Of a stretch of DNA of 64,000 nucleotides, positions 18,154-27,755 are shown piece after piece. Origin of the DNA: a virus. The stretch is taken from IMG/VR virus record IMGVR_UViG_3300037261_000033, positions 1 through 64,000 of that record; one strand, 5' to 3'. The translations under genes and the position numbers were made by a program. A model generated the notes under the pieces. The model did no database searches, had not been told where the DNA came from, and saw nothing but the letters and a program-made list of their open reading frames with translations. Each line of letters begins with the position of its first letter. Positions within the stretch are counted from its first letter, which is position 1.

Positions 18154-18729
18154 TTATGCTCTCGATGTCGGAATGAACCGTGTCCCTCTTCCGGTTGTGA
18201 CCGCTCCGAATGGCATCAACAAAAGGTAAACAACGTCGGGGATTATCTGACGCGCGTCCGCCGGGTCAAATGTTACCTGCACAGCGTTTTGTCCAACGCC
18301 AAATGATTTGATTCCTTTTCCCGGCGCATCCGCCGTCCTGTCGGATTTCAAAAGTAAAATCGCTAGTTCGCACGTCGCATCTTTGATTCCCTTTGGAACG
18401 CTCGCGTTGTCGTAAAATTCAGCACCCATTTGGTACGGGTAAAATCCATACGAAAACCCGAACCCAAACCCCACTACCGGGCGCGTAGATTTGATGACAT
18501 AGTTCCTCGGCCATCCGAGTGCCTGAGTGGTTGTCAATAGCTGGCCGTTCCACGTAGTGCATGCCTCGATGACGCGAGTTGCCATCATTAACGCCGTATC
18601 TTTGTCGCCTGCACTCGCGTTCGTCCAATCCGTGCTGAAAAGTCGAGCGGCGGCGTAGTCATCTCCCTCAGAAGCGTCCGCATAGGAATTGGATGTGCTC
18701 ATGCCGCTGCCATCTTCCAATGTCAACAT
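18154..18729 (-). CDS. Head-tail connector (DnaT-like family)
   Basis: EDGSG..SNSY, QALGWPR, VP..IKDATCELA. Confidence 0.85.
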   Translation of the reverse strand: MLTLEDGSGMSTSNSYADASEGDDYAAARLFSTDWTNASAGDKDTALMMATRVIEACTTWNGQLLTTTQALGWPRNYVIKSTRPVVGFGFGFSYGFYPYQMGAEFYDNASVPKGIKDATCELAILLLKSDRTADAPGKGIKSFGVGQNAVQVTFDPADARQIIPDVVYLLLMPFGAVTTGRGTRFIPTSRA

Positions 18730-18739
18730 AGCGTTATAT

Positions 18740-19057
18740 CTAACTCACTTTCATCATTGCATCAACGATTAAGCGTTCATTCGTGCCGTAGTTTATAGTT
18801 AATGTAAAATTGTAAACTCCGACGACTGGAATCTCTCCGTCGAGAATTTGCCATGCTATAACTCCGTTCGCAGCGTCTAAAACCGCGTCGGGCAATGTGA
18901 GGTTCCGGGAAATTCCCGGAGTACTTTCCGACGGTCGTTTAACAGCGAGATGTATTTGTGTAACGGATGCGAGCGGTATCGGCCCGGATGACAGAGTGAT
19001 CTCAACCGGGAAACCGAACATCCCGTGTCTAAATACTCCAATTTGTGAGACTGTCAT
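18740..19057 (-). CDS. BppU-N-like small Ig-fold structural protein
   Basis: DAANGVIAW...GEIPVVGVY.F.L.I.Y pattern. Confidence 0.55.
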   Translation of the reverse strand: MTVSQIGVFRHGMFGFPVEITLSSGPIPLASVTQIHLAVKRPSESTPGISRNLTLPDAVLDAANGVIAWQILDGEIPVVGVYNFTLTINYGTNERLIVDAMMKVS

Positions 19058-22000
19058 GGCCGTGGTTTCCCCGTCACTTTAACTCGCGTTGCGGCGTTCA
19101 ATACCTGTAACGATTTGTTCGCCGCGTCCAGTAAAATCGAAGATTTATTCGCCGCGTCTAGCGTCACTTTAACTCGCGTTTCGGCGTTCAACGCCTGCAA
19201 CGATTTTGTTGCCGCGTCTAGCGTGAACGCAATCGGCAAATCACTTTCTCTATAGAATCTGGTAACGATTGACGTATCTGAGGCGCTTCCTCTTTCTGTT
19301 ATCACTGCTGACCACAACGCCACTGTTGTTACGGTATCTGTAGCCGACGTCGCTTCTGAAAGCGTGCCGCCTCTTAGTATTCCAGTAGCGAGAACGTCCG
19401 CCGAGGTTCCCGCCTCCGTAATACTTGCGTTGAAGGTAATGCTGGCGTTTACCGAGTCGGACGCGCTAGCGGCTTCCGCGATAGCGGCAACCTCATTAGT
19501 CGTTTCAGAAAGCGTGTCCTGAGCGTTGGCAACCTCTGTGATCTCAGCCGCAAACAGAGCGCTCGTCGAAACATTATCGGTCGCACTTAGCGCCTCTCCT
19601 ATTGCAGCCGCGAAGAGAGCAGTAGCGGACATAGAGTCCGTCGCAGTCTCCGCTTCTGCAATCGCTGCTACGAGGAGTCTGGAAGCGCTTAGATTGTCCG
19701 TGGTCGTAGCAATCTCGTTGATAGTTACGGGGAGCAGCAGGCCCGCCGTCCGAGTGTCCGTCGCTCCTGTCGATTCGGATATTACAACTGGAAGTATTGT
19801 GCCAGCCGCCGTGGTATTTGCTGCGGATGCGGCCTCGGACATCGAAACCGGCAAGAGTGTTCCTGCCGTCAGGTTGTCTGCGGCTGAGCCTATTTCCGAG
19901 ATTGAAACCGGAAGGAGCGTTCCGGCAGTAGGCGTATCCGACGCGTTGGATGCTTCCGCCATCGTAACAGGCAGAATAGTAACCGCTGTAGGTGTATCAG
20001 TAGCACCGACAGACTCAACAACGACAACCGCCCAAATCACTGTTGCATCTGGCGCGTCCGTTGCATTGACAGTCTCGGTAAGCGTTACTGGCAATATCGT
20101 TCCAGCGCTTGGCGAATCAGTCGCCGTGGCCGTTTCAATAAGAGCTACGGGGAAGAGTATCGAAGCTGTTGGAGTATCCGTTAAATTGACCGATTCCGAC
20201 ATACTAACTAGAAGAATAGTTGCGGCAGTGGAAACGTCTGTTGCCGCGCCGGTCTCGGATATATTGGCGACAAATGTTGCTGTCGCGCTAGACGTGTCGG
20301 CGGCACTGGTCGCTTCCGTGAAGCTGACCGCTTCGGTGTCAATTTCTGATGGAGTATCTTGAGCGTTGGCAACTTCGGCAATAGCGCCTATAAAAAGAGC
20401 AGTTGTCGAAATGTTCTCGGTCGCGTTCGCTGACTCAATGATCGCAGATGCAAGCAGTGCCGTGGCCGAAGGGGTATCAGTGGCCGACCCCGCTTCCGAC
20501 ACAGCAACCGACAAAAGCGTCCCCGCCGTAGGGCTGTCGGTCGCGCTGGCAGTTTCGGCGAGAGATACCGGCAACACAGTTGCGGCGCTTGGAACGTCAA
20601 TCGCGCTGGCTGATTCTGTTATTGAGACTGGAAGAATAGTTGCGGCGGCAGGAACGTCCTGACCGGCCCCGGCCTCGGAAACGCTGACAGGGAATATGAT
20701 TGTAGCGCTCGCTGAATCGACCGCGCTACCCGCTTCCATGATACTCACTGCTTCAACGGCAACCTCAGATGGCGTATCCTGAGTATTAGCACCCTCGCCA
20801 ATGGCAACCGCAAATAAGGCGGTTGTAGAAACATTATCGGTAACGGCAGCGGCCTCGATTATTGCGGCTGCGAACAAGACGATATTGGACGGAGAATCGG
20901 TTGCGCTTCCAATCTCGGATATGGCAACCGGGAATAAGGTTCCCGCAGTTGGCGTGTCCGAAGCTACGCCTGATTCCGCGATTGAAACCGGGAGTACCGT
21001 CGCGGCACTTAGCGTATCTAATGCACTGGCCGCTTCTGATATGGCAACTGACAGAAGCGTTGTTGCGCTAGGAGTATCCGTTGCGGAGCCGGTCTCAGAT
21101 ATGCTGACGTTAAACGTAGCCGCCGCGCTTGGTGAGTCTAATGCGCTCGCAGTTTCCGCTATAACAGCGGTTTCAATAGCGACCTCAGACGGTATATCTA
21201 AAGCGTTGGCAGCTTCGACGACGGTAGGCGTCCAAATTGCTGTGGCGTTAAGTGTATCAGTCGCCACGCCTGTCTCGGACATGGTAACAGATGCAAAATA
21301 GGTCACCGATGGACTGTCTGTTGCGGTTACCGCTTCCGAGATCGCCGTCGGTGTGAGAATCCCCGCTGATGGCGTGTCCGTTGGAGAACCAACCTCGGTG
21401 ATAGTCACCGGCGAGAGGAATGTTGCAGACGGAGTATCTACCGCCGTAACGGATTCTATAACAGCAACCGTAGCTAAATATGTCACTGCCGGAGAGTCCG
21501 TGGCCGTAGCCGCTTCGGTGAGAGCGGCTAACTGAATTACGGTTGCGGTTGGCGTGTCCGTTGCCGTAGCGGATTCGACGAGAGCGACCACTGCAATGAA
21601 TGTCGCAGCGGGTGTATCACTCGCCGTAGCAGTCTCGACCGTGGCGACTACGGCTAGGTAGATTTCGGACGGGTTATCCGTTGCGCTCGCTATCTCGGCG
21701 ATAGCAGCAGATGCAAGGATTGTCGCGGATGTACTGTCAACGGCGCTCGCGGATTCTGATATTGTAGCAAACTGGACGGTTCCCGCTGATAGAATCTCGA
21801 TGGCTGTTGCAGCTTCGGTTATTGCAACTAGCGCGAGGTAGGTCGCAGAAGACGTATCAGTGGCCGTAGCGGCCTCGGCTACGGCGACCACCGCGAGATA
21901 AGTATTGGACGGAGTATCCGCCGCCGTGCCAGCTTCGGTGATAACTACTAGAGCAAGAAATGTCGAACTTAGTGTGTCAGTGGCCGCACCTGCCTCGGCG

Positions 22001-22392
22001 ATAGCAACTAACGCTAAGAATGTTGCGCTCGGCGTATCAGTCGCGCTAGCAGCTCCCGTGGTGATGGCTGCAAATAGAGCGGTAGTAGACGGGGAATCTG
22101 TCGCGCTCCCAGCCTCCGAGATGATAACCGCTGCGAGAACTGTCGCGCTCGGTAAGTCGGCGGCTGCCCCCGCCTCAGTAATAGTCCCGACATAAATCGC
22201 GGTTGTGGATGGACTATCCGCAGCCGCGCCCGACTCGATTAACAGAGACGGAGAAAAATCCGCCAACAACCTCGGCTTAACTATCTGTTGAGCTAGCGGC
22301 GCAACATCGCTAAGCATTTCCGGCCCGATGCCGGTAATGCCGCCAGTCGTGCGGCTACTTTGGCCGGGGATGCCGCCGACCAGCGAGGGCAT
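19054..22392 (-). CDS. 1112-aa acidic repeat protein, putative fibre
   Basis: E-x5-D 20-aa repeats across nearly the whole protein. Confidence 0.85.
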   Translation of the reverse strand: MPSLVGGIPGQSSRTTGGITGIGPEMLSDVAPLAQQIVKPRLLADFSPSLLIESGAAADSPSTTAIYVGTITEAGAAADLPSATVLAAVIISEAGSATDSPSTTALFAAITTGAASATDTPSATFLALVAIAEAGAATDTLSSTFLALVVITEAGTAADTPSNTYLAVVAVAEAATATDTSSATYLALVAITEAATAIEILSAGTVQFATISESASAVDSTSATILASAAIAEIASATDNPSEIYLAVVATVETATASDTPAATFIAVVALVESATATDTPTATVIQLAALTEAATATDSPAVTYLATVAVIESVTAVDTPSATFLSPVTITEVGSPTDTPSAGILTPTAISEAVTATDSPSVTYFASVTMSETGVATDTLNATAIWTPTVVEAANALDIPSEVAIETAVIAETASALDSPSAAATFNVSISETGSATDTPSATTLLSVAISEAASALDTLSAATVLPVSIAESGVASDTPTAGTLFPVAISEIGSATDSPSNIVLFAAAIIEAAAVTDNVSTTALFAVAIGEGANTQDTPSEVAVEAVSIMEAGSAVDSASATIIFPVSVSEAGAGQDVPAAATILPVSITESASAIDVPSAATVLPVSLAETASATDSPTAGTLLSVAVSEAGSATDTPSATALLASAIIESANATENISTTALFIGAIAEVANAQDTPSEIDTEAVSFTEATSAADTSSATATFVANISETGAATDVSTAATILLVSMSESVNLTDTPTASILFPVALIETATATDSPSAGTILPVTLTETVNATDAPDATVIWAVVVVESVGATDTPTAVTILPVTMAEASNASDTPTAGTLLPVSISEIGSAADNLTAGTLLPVSMSEAASAANTTAAGTILPVVISESTGATDTRTAGLLLPVTINEIATTTDNLSASRLLVAAIAEAETATDSMSATALFAAAIGEALSATDNVSTSALFAAEITEVANAQDTLSETTNEVAAIAEAASASDSVNASITFNASITEAGTSADVLATGILRGGTLSEATSATDTVTTVALWSAVITERGSASDTSIVTRFYRESDLPIAFTLDAATKSLQALNAETRVKVTLDAANKSSILLDAANKSLQVLNAATRVKVTGKPRP
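19237..22236 (-). repeat. 50 degenerate 60-nt (20-aa) coding tandem repeats
   Basis: First repeat Glu codon at 22236, last at 19296: difference 2940 = 49 x 60. Confidence 0.85.
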
Positions 22393-22845
22393 TTAATCCT
22401 CCCAGACCGCGTAGTAACGGAACAAAGAAGGAGCTACCGCAACAAGATTCGCGATACAGATTTCTCCGATTGCAACGCCATTACCGACAATGAGCGGGTC
22501 ATCCGCAGGCCATGTCCAGATAAAGCCAGCGCCAATCGCGGCAGGCAGAACTATCTGCCGAAAGAAGTTTGCTGGAATCACCGGCACAGTTCCCCACGAT
22601 GAGACCAGCAGTGTTCCTGATGCCGGAGCGAGCGGATGTTTCGCTTGTCCAGCGATAGTGGTGCCGGGCGTAACAGAAATAGTCGTGGCTCTCGCTAATC
22701 CGAGGAGCGTCGATGTGGCGGCGATGAGCGTTACGCCCAACTCGCGCAACGCGCAGCGTTCAGTCGCAGGCGCGCGAATCGCGACGAGCGGCGCACCCGC
22801 GCTGGCAGTGACGAGCGTAGAAATATTGCCTGCTTCGAACCTCAT
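22393..22845 (-). CDS. Hypothetical beta-rich structural protein
   Basis: 150-aa ORF abutting the repeat gene. Confidence 0.65.
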   Translation of the reverse strand: MRFEAGNISTLVTASAGAPLVAIRAPATERCALRELGVTLIAATSTLLGLARATTISVTPGTTIAGQAKHPLAPASGTLLVSSWGTVPVIPANFFRQIVLPAAIGAGFIWTWPADDPLIVGNGVAIGEICIANLVAVAPSLFRYYAVWED

Positions 22846-22853
22846 GGCTTGGC

Positions 22854-23450
22854 TTACAGCGATGTGGAATACGAAACTTGGAGCGTATCGCCTGCGGCTA
22901 CTATTTTATCGCCGCCCGTGAACAATCCCACCGACCATAGCTTGCCGTTCACGTCCGCAATCGTGGAAACTGCTCCCGTTCCAAAGATGATAAATACGCC
23001 TTTGACCGTACCGCCAGTGGTGATGATCGGAAAACTTAGCGCGGCTGAAAGCGCCTTTGCGCCCGCAGCAGCGGCACTCCATACGCAGGTTTTGCGAGGC
23101 GTGGTGTAAAGCGGGAAGTTAGTGGAGCTTCCGGCTTCCTTCCATCCGTTTGTGCCGTTGATCTGTGCGGCTGTGTCACCGACTGCGACAGCCGTGTAAC
23201 CTACCGAGCTAATAAGGCCCATGAACGGGCCGACCACGGCCACGTTTGCTCCAAGGGCGCAGTCCAACATGAGATTCTTACCCTCGGTGCAAACTATGTT
23301 GTCAATTGTGTCTTCCCATTTCAGGTTTCCATCCTTATCGATGCAACGGAAATGGTAGTGTCCTTTCGCCTTGCAAATTTCGTCGAGCCGTGAGCCTCGA
23401 AGGACTACTGCACCAGTGGATTCTTGAGCGGCTGCGTTTTCAGTCTTCAT
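22854..23450 (-). CDS. Tail-collar-fibre-like structural protein
   Basis: KGHYHF..DKDGNLKWED...NIVCTEGKN and GDTLQVSY patterns. Confidence 0.6.
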   Translation of the reverse strand: MKTENAAAQESTGAVVLRGSRLDEICKAKGHYHFRCIDKDGNLKWEDTIDNIVCTEGKNLMLDCALGANVAVVGPFMGLISSVGYTAVAVGDTAAQINGTNGWKEAGSSTNFPLYTTPRKTCVWSAAAAGAKALSAALSFPIITTGGTVKGVFIIFGTGAVSTIADVNGKLWSVGLFTGGDKIVAAGDTLQVSYSTSL

Positions 23451-23536
23451 AATGTTTTGTTCGGTTTGTCTTTGGGCGTCGGCGATGCTTTAATTGAAGT
23501 TTTAGTAGCGTTTACTGTTTTGGCAAAGTTGCGATT

Positions 23537-23719
23537 TTACCGTCGCGCGTTCTTTTTCTTCGGCGGCGCTTCCTTCACGGATGGTTGAACCGCGCCCGCT
23601 GCTGGCGTTTCCTTTTTCACACCTGCGGCATGTTTCGCAGCCGCTTCCTCACGCCGGTTATGCTCCGCGATCTGTTCCGGTGAATACGTGATCGCGTCCT
23701 GTGGATTCTGGTTAGCCAT
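23537..23719 (-). CDS. Small low-complexity protein with basic C-terminus
   Basis: 60 aa, AAAGGAG RBS. Confidence 0.6.
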   Translation of the reverse strand: MANQNPQDAITYSPEQIAEHNRREEAAAKHAAGVKKETPAAGAVQPSVKEAPPKKKNARR

Positions 23720-23750
23720 GATGATTTATCTCCTTTGGTTGGTTAGTTAG

Positions 23751-23801
23751 AAAAAACACGCCCGCGCTGCTCACTTTCAACGGTGAAACGTGCGCGGGCG
23801 T
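23751..23801 (-). terminator. Intrinsic terminator-like hairpin with large loop
   Basis: ACGCCCGCGC/GCGCGGGCGT stem, 24-nt loop, then GTTTTTT. Confidence 0.5.
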
Positions 23802-23824
23802 AAATTTGTGTTCCCTCTGTGCGG

Positions 23825-24217
23825 TTAAGCCTTTTTCTTGCGGCCCTTCTTTTGCTTTTCCGGCGCGGCGACTGGCAACAGCGGATCGACTTCCGCCGTG
23901 CTTGCAGCGCTGTGCGGGTCAAAAGGAGCCGGGCCTTCGCGCTTCAAGAGTTCTGCGGACTGTCCCGCCTTTCCCTGATGCACGTCGTCCGTGGCGTCTG
24001 TGTCCGCGTGCGACTCTTCGTGCTCTCTCTGCCTGTCAGCCTTGTCCTTGAGAGTCCGCTTCGCGGCGGCGAACTGTTTTATAGCTTCCGCGTCCGATAC
24101 CGTTTTCAACTCTTCGGCGGTGAGCGGGACTTCGTCCGGCACGGTAATTACGCGACGCTGCTCGGCGATGCCGTACGGCGTGACGTGCTGCTTAACTGTC
24201 AAGACTCTTTGCGGCAT
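23825..24217 (-). CDS. Low-complexity charged protein with basic C-terminus
   Basis: 130 aa, ends KQKKGRKKKA. Confidence 0.7.
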   Translation of the reverse strand: MPQRVLTVKQHVTPYGIAEQRRVITVPDEVPLTAEELKTVSDAEAIKQFAAAKRTLKDKADRQREHEESHADTDATDDVHQGKAGQSAELLKREGPAPFDPHSAASTAEVDPLLPVAAPEKQKKGRKKKA

Positions 24218-24222
24218 GTGGC

Positions 24223-24528
24223 CTACGCTTCCTTCTTTTTTGGTTCTGCCGCTTCCTCGCCGCCCGTCATCCCTTTCGGATTTTTCTTCGCCGTCAGTGA
24301 AGACTGCGCGCCCTTGTGTTCCTTGCCTTTCGCGTTGTCGAGCGCCGCTTCATCCGCGTCTCCGACGTGCCCGCCATCCGTTTCGGCGATGTTCGTAATC
24401 GCGGCCACGTTCTCCTTCACCTTCTCTTCTTTCCGGGTCTTTACGCGTTCAACTGACTTGAATTGCGACTTCGCTTCACCCGCCTGTTCGCTCTTACTGG
24501 GAGCGTCCTTTTCAGAATCTTTAGCCAT
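24223..24528 (-). CDS. Low-complexity charged protein
   Basis: 101 aa, GGAGG RBS, directly after capsid gene. Confidence 0.7.
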   Translation of the reverse strand: MAKDSEKDAPSKSEQAGEAKSQFKSVERVKTRKEEKVKENVAAITNIAETDGGHVGDADEAALDNAKGKEHKGAQSSLTAKKNPKGMTGGEEAAEPKKKEA

Positions 24529-24648
24529 AATGAGTTATTCCCTCCGTTTTGATTTGTTTACCGCAAACTGATCATTGGTTTCCCTCTCACCGTTACGCTC
24601 TACTTATTTCGTAGAATGTTCAAGCGTAACGGTAAAGGAATTTTCGGT

Positions 24649-25722
24649 TTAACCTCCGAGGTTGTTGTGACGAATCCGCACCATTGGCACGTTCTTCGCT
24701 TGGAAGACGCGCAGCCAGTTCGCCTGATTTGCCAGTTCCGCGTTCGTCGGGCTGATCCCGGCCATCGCGTAGTCCAAGAACTTCAAGCCGCGCGGGTGAA
24801 GGATCATCCGGCGACGGTTGATGAAGATGTTCTGCCCGGCCAGCGACTCACGCGCGCGCTCTGCCGCCCATGTGCTACCCGGTGCCGCACCGTAGATCGG
24901 CCCGTCCATGCTGCCGACGCCATAACCGAAAGCGCCCGCCGCAAACAGGAAGGTCGAGTAAACGTTGCTCGGACTGGATGTGCCGCTCTCGATGTCAACG
25001 GTCATCGTGTCGTCGAGAATGACGCGCTTCCCGCTGAACGTACGGATCAACTGGCCTTGCTCAGCCGCAGGCACGAAGACGATCTCGTTCGTCTTCTCCA
25101 AGGCCGCTTCCGTCTTGGAATGCATGATGACTGCCGTCAGTTTCTCCTTCGCATCACCGAGCAACTGCTTCGCGTCGATGAACGTGTCCAGCGTGAGGTA
25201 GTTCGCGCTCGTGAAGCTTGAACCGCTGGTCAAGTGAATGTCGGACGAGTTGCCGGACATCGAGGCCGCGCCGAACACGCCAGCGAGAGTCGAGAGCGCC
25301 ATTTGCTGCAAACGCTCCGCCCAATACTTCCCGAGCAGTTCGCCGAGCGCCGTCGCCGGGTCGCTGTTCGAGAGGATAGCCGCCATGTCGTTGTGGCTCC
25401 ATGCCTTCGCGCGGTTGTGGATGACGGCTTTCTCGTTCGAGCTTGTCATCTTGCCGGTCGTCAGCGAACTCGTGTCGCTGATAACTTCGTCCGCGCCCGT
25501 CAATGCCTGCCAGAAGGGCATGGACGTAAACTGTCCGCCTTGCCCAACCGTATCCGCCGTCAGATTGACATCGAAGCCGACATCGGCTCGCGCATCCAAC
25601 TGCGGGTCGGGCGCGATGATGCCCGACGTAATCAATTCCGAAAGGACTGCGGTCTGCTCCACGGCGTAAGGGAGGAACGTCTCCGGGATCAGCGCCAAGT
25701 CCGCCACTAATGTCTCAGCCAT
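24649..25722 (-). CDS. Major capsid protein
   Basis: IPETFLPY, MPFWQALTG, VIMHSKT, GKRVILDD, ILHPRG, SPTNAELANQANW.RV; GGAG RBS; follows scaffold. Confidence 0.92.
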   Translation of the reverse strand: MAETLVADLALIPETFLPYAVEQTAVLSELITSGIIAPDPQLDARADVGFDVNLTADTVGQGGQFTSMPFWQALTGADEVISDTSSLTTGKMTSSNEKAVIHNRAKAWSHNDMAAILSNSDPATALGELLGKYWAERLQQMALSTLAGVFGAASMSGNSSDIHLTSGSSFTSANYLTLDTFIDAKQLLGDAKEKLTAVIMHSKTEAALEKTNEIVFVPAAEQGQLIRTFSGKRVILDDTMTVDIESGTSSPSNVYSTFLFAAGAFGYGVGSMDGPIYGAAPGSTWAAERARESLAGQNIFINRRRMILHPRGLKFLDYAMAGISPTNAELANQANWLRVFQAKNVPMVRIRHNNLGG

Positions 25723-25906
25723 ATTGTTAAAGTCTCCGTTTGGTTTGTTGGTTTGCTGCCAGCAACCACGGAGCCTAAAAAGAATCAGCGGTCGCTGTTA
25801 CTTTTCCTCCGACTTCCCCGAAGTCAGACTGCCTTTAGCGCCCCGCGCGTACAGTCCTGAGAATTGTTACGAGATACGCTTTAGCAGCGCTCTGAAATCT
25901 CGTCAA
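25723..25906 (-). promoter_or_regulatory. Capsid gene promoter and ~150-nt structured 5' leader
   Basis: TTGACG-17 nt-TAAAGC; hairpins GCGC-GGG-GCGC and TCTGACTTC-GGG-GAAGTCGGA. Confidence 0.55.
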
Positions 25907-25912
25907 TGAAAA

Positions 25913-26746
25913 TTATCGAGAAAGATTCGACACCGGCTCTTTCAGTGTGAACCCGTGCTTTTTCGCGAGCCGTTGCGCGCGCGAAAAATCCGTCGCCATT
26001 ATCTTGCCTTGCTCTGACCGATTCGGCGCTACCGGGTTCCACGGATTGTAACCGTCTTCACGTTGCTGCCCGCCGCCGCCGCCGCGCGCGCCCGCCCCGC
26101 CACCGCCGCCCTGATTCTCCGCGAACAAATGTTTACCGAACTCGTCATTCGCCGTGTCCTTCGCGAACTGCTCCACGGTGTAAGGTTCCGAACCGAGATG
26201 ATATTTGACCGTCTTACCGTCCGACTCGTACGCGACCACTTCCATGTCCTCATTCAGTTTGAAGACTTTCCTCGCGCGCTCGATCAAGTCCGGCCCCGCG
26301 CCTTTCTTTAGTCCGAGCGGGATCGCTGCTTGCACGACGCCGTTCGCGATCATTTCCGTTTCGAGCCGATTGCGAAGAACTGCGTTGTTCGCTCTCTCGG
26401 TTTTCAACTCGGCTTGAGGCTGCTTCAACGCTTCCTCCACGCGCGGCTTTACGATCGCTTCCAGTTCGCCGCGCTTGAGAAGCTTCCCGTCTTCCAAATC
26501 TTTTGAGCGCGCCTTCAAGTCCTTGTATTCATCGACATCGACGCCCTCGAACTTTTTGAGCGCATCCTCATGCTCTTGTCGCTCGCGGATGTTCGTATCG
26601 CGCATCTCGTTCACTTTCTGAACGGGCACGAGTCCGTCGATGGTTACGTCGAGGGTATGCTTCCCGTCTTTCTCGACGAAGAACGGTTGGAATGTTTCAG
26701 GAATCTCTTCCGAGGTGGCGTATAAGCGTTTGAGTACTGTTGGCAT
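25913..26746 (-). CDS. Capsid scaffolding protein
   Basis: Coiled coil, HLFAENQGGGGGAG, C-terminal YNPW; precedes capsid gene. Confidence 0.85.
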   Translation of the reverse strand: MPTVLKRLYATSEEIPETFQPFFVEKDGKHTLDVTIDGLVPVQKVNEMRDTNIRERQEHEDALKKFEGVDVDEYKDLKARSKDLEDGKLLKRGELEAIVKPRVEEALKQPQAELKTERANNAVLRNRLETEMIANGVVQAAIPLGLKKGAGPDLIERARKVFKLNEDMEVVAYESDGKTVKYHLGSEPYTVEQFAKDTANDEFGKHLFAENQGGGGGAGARGGGGGQQREDGYNPWNPVAPNRSEQGKIMATDFSRAQRLAKKHGFTLKEPVSNLSR

Positions 26747-26783
26747 CGTTTTATTTCTCTCTGTTTACCTACTTCCTTCCGCG

Positions 26784-26812
26784 AGGTTTACACCTGCCGC
26801 CGCTAGTGTCAA
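26784..26812 (-). promoter_or_regulatory. Putative promoter for scaffold gene
   Basis: TTGACA-16/17 nt-TAAACCT. Confidence 0.45.
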
Positions 26813-27072
26813 CGATTTTTTAAGAGCGTGCTTCGGACGAACTTCTGCCACCGCGACCACTTGTCTATGAACCAACAGTAAGTCCGGCTGCGCCCGTACA
26901 GTTGTATGGCCGCTTTCGCGAAAGCTACGCGGATCGCCCACTTGATAATGTATCGCTCCGCGTTAGCGATTCTATCCTTCTCCGTTTCACCTTTGATATG
27001 GACGTAATGTGCGTTCGGCCTTTGCGCGTCCGCGATCAACTTCATCGCCCAAGATGGAACTGTCTCGCTCAT
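26809..27072 (-). CDS. Hypothetical protein
   Basis: ATGA overlap with HNH stop. Confidence 0.5.
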   Translation of the reverse strand: MSETVPSWAMKLIADAQRPNAHYVHIKGETEKDRIANAERYIIKWAIRVAFAKAAIQLYGRSRTYCWFIDKWSRWQKFVRSTLLKNR

Positions 27073-27755
27073 ATTTGAACGTGCTTCCACCGTAGCCCGC
27101 AAAGTATGTTTTTAATCGCGGCCTTCGAAACTCCGAATCGTTTCGCGGTTGATATTATAAACCCGCGTTTGCGGGTCAGCGCCGCCGTCTTTATCTCACG
27201 GACATTTTCTTCGGTGAGCTTCGCGTTGTAACGCGCCTCTCCGTATTCTTGATTGCGCCTTCCCTTCGCGTTGCAATCCGCGTTATTTTCAGCCTGTGTA
27301 CCGAGAAATAAATGCGTCGGGTTCACGCATGACGGGTTATCGCAATGATGGCAGACGTGTTTATCCACGTTCCCGTAAACAATGAACGCAGCGAATTGAT
27401 GCGCGCACCATCTCCGTTCGAAAGCCCAAAAACTTCCGTAGTTATATGACGGATTACTACCCGATGCTCCCGCCATCCAAGGCCAGCATTCATCCGATTC
27501 CTTAATATTAACGCGAGACCAAAAATCCTCTATGAATTGCTCAGGTTTCTTTGTTTTGATGCAACCGCATGAACGTGTTCTTCCCATTGAAAGGCGGCAT
27601 CCTAGAATAATTACGTTGGCACCGCACTCACATTGGCAGCGCCATAAGTAATTACTGCCTTGACGCCCAACAGTTTCAAGCACGGTAAGTCGTCCGAAGA
27701 TTTGATGCGTTAAATCTTTGAAATTGCCGTGATGCTTAATACCAAATCCAGCCAT
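27069..27755 (-). CDS. HNH homing endonuclease
   Basis: DLTHQIFGRLTV..CQCECG; VCHHCDNPSCVNPTHLFLGTQAEN; C-terminal HTH. Confidence 0.9.
   Translation of the reverse strand: MAGFGIKHHGNFKDLTHQIFGRLTVLETVGRQGSNYLWRCQCECGANVIILGCRLSMGRTRSCGCIKTKKPEQFIEDFWSRVNIKESDECWPWMAGASGSNPSYNYGSFWAFERRWCAHQFAAFIVYGNVDKHVCHHCDNPSCVNPTHLFLGTQAENNADCNAKGRRNQEYGEARYNAKLTEENVREIKTAALTRKRGFIISTAKRFGVSKAAIKNILCGLRWKHVQI

Noticed and set aside
19237-22236. 60-nt periodicity as a CRISPR array
   Set aside because: Repeats are degenerate, conserved at protein level inside one ORF; no identical repeats with spacers and no cas genes
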